Source: an uncultured Methanolobus sp. (GTDB lineage: Archaea; Halobacteriota; Methanosarcinia; Methanosarcinales; Methanosarcinaceae). From it: a stretch of 64,000 bases of DNA. Location: assembly GCA_963675495.1 (NCBI GenBank), contig OY776215.1, positions 1,216,001-1,280,000 of the forward strand, in the 5' to 3' direction. Under the pieces are notes generated by a model that was not told the origin of the DNA, did no database searches, and was given only the letters and a program-made list of their open reading frames with translations. Position numbers and translations under genes: made by a program. Shown here one piece after another: positions 60,620 to 64,000 of this stretch (position 1 is the first letter of the stretch; each line of letters begins with the position of its first letter).

Positions 60620-60688
60620 ACTTGACTATTTATCGTCAAGTCGTACTATGTGAAGCAAATATTTAAACCTTACTATTTATCGACAAGT
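60620..60688. promoter_or_regulatory. Two operator-like 17-bp direct repeats flanking a minus-strand TATA box
   Basis: ACTATTTATCG(T/A)CAAGT at 60625 and 60672. Site 1 lies within the palindrome ACTTGAC-N8-GTCAAGT. Minus-strand TTTAAATA at 60660-60667. Confidence 0.65.
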
Positions 60689-60751
60689 GTGTTTATCAAA
60701 ATACCTTTGATTATAAACAACTAAAAAGAGATTTAAAAACTCAGCGCACGA

Positions 60752-61972
60752 TCATCCGTGCCTAAGAGCTTCCACTGGATCAAGATTGGCAGCTTTGTTA
60801 GCAGGATATACACCAGCCACCAGCCCGACAAGCACAGATACAAAGAAGCCCAGGAATATAAGATAGAATGGAAATACAGGAGGGATATTCAAAGACACCT
60901 CTACAATATAAGATCCAACCAGACCCAGAAGTGTTCCAAGTATACCCCCGATCACCCCAACTATGATCGATTCTACAATGAAGAGTACAAGAATGCCAGA
61001 CCTCGTAAAGCCCAATGATTTCAACAGACCTATCTCCCGGGTCCTTTCAGTAACAGTAACAAGCATGATGTTCATTATGCCTATGGACCCGACAATAAGA
61101 GCCACAACCGCTACAAGGGTTATCAGTATGGTCAGTGAATCTGAAAGAGCGTCCAATTGCTCTATTATCTCAGCCTGGTTGAAAATGCGGTAAGGTTTTG
61201 CATCATCGTTATCCAGGTCCCTTGAGGATACACCCAATGACCTTGCCAGACGTTTGTCAACTTCATCAGAGACATCCCTTACAGATTCGGCACTTCCGGT
61301 ATTCGCGGAAAAACCTCCATAGTCAGTGACATTAAGCATCTCGTTCAATGTCGCTATAGGGACGTATATAGTAGCATCACGATCAGGACCACCTGTTACG
61401 AAGGTATTATCCTCGCTTTCAAGTATGCCTTTTACCCGGAATTTGCGGGTCACACTCGTCCCATCCTGACGTTTGATAGTTATATCTATATAATTCTTGA
61501 TGGAGACATCCTTTTCAAATTTATCCTCTGCAACATCTTTACCAAGAACCGCTACAAATTTGTCTTTATCTGTGAAGAAATTACCCTCTTCCACCAGCAG
61601 ATTGGATATATACTGGGCATCTTCAGACACACCCTGTACATCAACCTGCCTCGTAGCTGATCGGTATGTTACTGCTGCAGTTTGCTGATTAAATGGAGAA
61701 ACTCCATCTATACCCGGAGTATTTCGAATGAGTTCCAGTTCACTGTCATAGAAAATATTAACATCCTGACTGTATATGATTATAAAATTAGAACCAAGAG
61801 AACCAAGCTCATCTGTAAAATACTGGTTAAAGCTTGCACCAAGGGAAACATTTGCCACAACCGCAGCAACACCTATTATGATACCAAGAGCTGTAAGGGT
61901 TGAGCGCAGTTTTGCACTGCTTATACTTCCAAGGGCAATTGTGAATGCATGCCTTAGACCGATCATGGTCAC
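60752..61972 (-). CDS. MacB/FtsX-type ABC permease (paralog 2)
   Basis: Same motifs as the 57421 permease. Confidence 0.95.
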   Translation of the reverse strand: MTMIGLRHAFTIALGSISSAKLRSTLTALGIIIGVAAVVANVSLGASFNQYFTDELGSLGSNFIIIYSQDVNIFYDSELELIRNTPGIDGVSPFNQQTAAVTYRSATRQVDVQGVSEDAQYISNLLVEEGNFFTDKDKFVAVLGKDVAEDKFEKDVSIKNYIDITIKRQDGTSVTRKFRVKGILESEDNTFVTGGPDRDATIYVPIATLNEMLNVTDYGGFSANTGSAESVRDVSDEVDKRLARSLGVSSRDLDNDDAKPYRIFNQAEIIEQLDALSDSLTILITLVAVVALIVGSIGIMNIMLVTVTERTREIGLLKSLGFTRSGILVLFIVESIIVGVIGGILGTLLGLVGSYIVEVSLNIPPVFPFYLIFLGFFVSVLVGLVAGVYPANKAANLDPVEALRHG

Positions 61973-63183
61973 TCCTTCCTCAAAGCTTCAACCGGATCCA
62001 TACGTGCAGCCTTCCTCGCCGGATAAACACCTGCCACAAGTCCTACTAGAAGAGAAACAAAAAAACCGAGGAAAATAAGACTTAAAGGAAATATGTTTGG
62101 GAGGTCAAGAAAACTATTTGCTATCGTAGCTGCCCCCATTCCAAGAGCAGTACCAAATATCCCACCTATGAGACCTACTATCATTGATTCTATTATGAAG
62201 AGGGAAAGAACGTCCTTTTCACTGAATCCAAGAGATTTCAACAGGCCTATCTCCCGGGTCCTTTCCGCAACAGTCACAAGCATAATGTTCATTATCCCAA
62301 TTGAACCCACTAATAGTGAAATAAGAGCAACAGATGTCAGGAGCGATGTAAGGGCTGAAGAAAGTTGATTGGTCTGCTCCAGGATCTCTATCTGGTCAAA
62401 GACAACATAGGGTTTTGCATCATCATTGTCCAGGTCCCTGCCTGGAACTCCCAAGCTGCGTGCAAGACGTCTGTCTATCTCATCACCTGTTTCCCTGACG
62501 ATCTCCAGACTCTGGGCCTTTACGAAAAAACCTCCGTAATCATCCCTGTCGAGTATCTCATTCATCGTGTCTATTGGGATGAAGACACGAATTTCCGACT
62601 CCACTCCTGTTTGTGCAAAAGTTGTTTCAGGGTCCTGAATTACCCCTTTGACAATGAAGGATTGGGTAACAACACCACCATCCTCCTTTCGGAATGTGAT
62701 ATCGATGGGGTTCTTGACAGATATATTCTTATCGAACTTCTCATAGGCGACATCCGCACCTATTACTGCGACATAACGGTCCTTGTCTGTGAGAAATGTG
62801 CCCGAATCCAGATTGAAGTTCGCCACTTCATCGTAGTCCTCCGTAACTCCCTGGATATCGATCTGTCTTGAAACAGACATGTAAGTAACCTTCGCCATCT
62901 GTTGGTTTATGGGAGATACGCCATCTACCCCTGGAGTGGTACGGATAATTTCCAGCTCTTTATCAAAGAATACATCAATGTTCTGGCTGTAAATTACAAT
63001 AAAATTAGAGCCCACCGCTCCTATCTCGTCATTAAAATACTGATTGAAACTGGCTCCCAGCGAAACATTAGCTATCACTGCTGCTACACCTATGATAATT
63101 CCAAGGGTAGTGAGAGCAGATCTTAGTTTGGAACTGCCGATGCTACCCAGTGAGATCCTTATAGCCTGAGCCAGACTTAACAT
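61969..63183 (-). CDS. MacB/FtsX-type ABC permease (paralog 3)
   Basis: Same motifs, 4-bp overlap with paralog 2. Confidence 0.95.
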   Translation of the reverse strand: MLSLAQAIRISLGSIGSSKLRSALTTLGIIIGVAAVIANVSLGASFNQYFNDEIGAVGSNFIVIYSQNIDVFFDKELEIIRTTPGVDGVSPINQQMAKVTYMSVSRQIDIQGVTEDYDEVANFNLDSGTFLTDKDRYVAVIGADVAYEKFDKNISVKNPIDITFRKEDGGVVTQSFIVKGVIQDPETTFAQTGVESEIRVFIPIDTMNEILDRDDYGGFFVKAQSLEIVRETGDEIDRRLARSLGVPGRDLDNDDAKPYVVFDQIEILEQTNQLSSALTSLLTSVALISLLVGSIGIMNIMLVTVAERTREIGLLKSLGFSEKDVLSLFIIESMIVGLIGGIFGTALGMGAATIANSFLDLPNIFPLSLIFLGFFVSLLVGLVAGVYPARKAARMDPVEALRKE

Positions 63184-63200
63184 ACAAAGTGCATCCTAAA

Positions 63201-64000
63201 TTACTGTTTTTCCGCCCTGCGTTTGTAAAGGATGTAAGCACCTGCACCCACAACGATCAGTAGGAGCACTACTATGTAGATACCCGAACCACTGTCGTTT
63301 TCAACTATATCATGTTTCAATTGACGAGTATCGATCTGTTGAGTATGTTCATTCAGACCATTCCTGAAATCTGCATTAATGACAAGATCAGCAGGGAACG
63401 ACAGGTCTTCTGACACAGCTTTTGCGTTGAGCTCAATGGTAAAGAGTTCATCAGGGTCCATGGAACCTATGAAATACTCTGCAGGGGAAAACTCAACACC
63501 TTCGGCTTCCAGTTGAACACTAACAGATGAGAGCATATTCGGATGGATGTTCGCAACATCGAATTCGAGTACACCTTCGCCATTCTCAAGCACCAGTGGC
63601 TTTGAAGGAATGACCCTTACAGATGAAGAATCCACCTTTACAGGAATCCTCCAGTTGTTATTGTATGAATGTGAGCTGCCAACAATGGAAAAATCGAGAT
63701 AGTACGTTCCATCTGGAGTGCCTTCATCGACTTCCACGTTGTATGTCAGGTCCACTGATTCACCCGGACCGATGACACCATTTCCATAATAAGTATCTGT
63801 GGTGACTTTGATTCCTTCAACACCATCAAGAGATGCAGATTGTATTCTTGCGTTAGTATCATACTGTTCTCCGTCAATGGTTATGGAGTAATCAGTAGCA
63901 CTGTTCTGAAGCGTGAAAGAAATTGTACCTTCATCACCAGGCATGAAAACCTCAGGTTCTTTCACAGGTTCCCCTGAAAGCTGTATGGTTCCCTTGCTGT
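63201..64000 (-). CDS. COG1361 S-layer-domain protein paralog (5' end outside window)
   Basis: Shares YNNNWRIPVKVDS and EFDVAN.HPN with 58646..59881. Confidence 0.88.
   Translation of the reverse strand, partial: SKGTIQLSGEPVKEPEVFMPGDEGTISFTLQNSATDYSITIDGEQYDTNARIQSASLDGVEGIKVTTDTYYGNGVIGPGESVDLTYNVEVDEGTPDGTYYLDFSIVGSSHSYNNNWRIPVKVDSSSVRVIPSKPLVLENGEGVLEFDVANIHPNMLSSVSVQLEAEGVEFSPAEYFIGSMDPDELFTIELNAKAVSEDLSFPADLVINADFRNGLNEHTQQIDTRQLKHDIVENDSGSGIYIVVLLLIVVGAGAYILYKRRAEKQ

Overview
A mostly core-chromosome window from a methanogenic archaeon of the Methanosarcinaceae. A Methanolobus-like organism is my inference from gene content and protein style. In order, it carries: a partial cohesin plus cadherin-like repeat surface protein; ClC-CBS; a methylthiotransferase, glpX and cgi121; two small Cys-rich Zn-ribbon genes; a frameshifted surface-protein gene with a 222-bp tandem array; leuS; a decayed histidine kinase; a wHTH regulator cluster; two RPA/RPA-associated operons; a histone; rfcS; the mmcA-rnfCDGEAB operon with divergent apbE; thpR; dacZ; a SatP-type channel; pelota-rqcH; the priS-gins-rpl44e-rps27e-aIF2a-nop10-PAC2-EndoQ cluster; tRNA-Ser(CGA) with a D-loop intron; two-component genes; and a MacB-type ABC/COG1361 cluster. 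No CRISPR array, rRNA or intact mobile element was seen. The most notable observations are probable AUU (non-AUG) starts for pelota and rfcS, an MmcA with 8 heme motifs and an EF-hand loop, RnfC/RnfD lacking canonical flavin/NADH motifs, the non-canonical tRNA intron, a candidate structured RNA at ~17.6 kb, and an operator-flanked MacB/PLDc_N/stand-alone-sensor module. All annotations come from motif recognition by eye; no searches were run.
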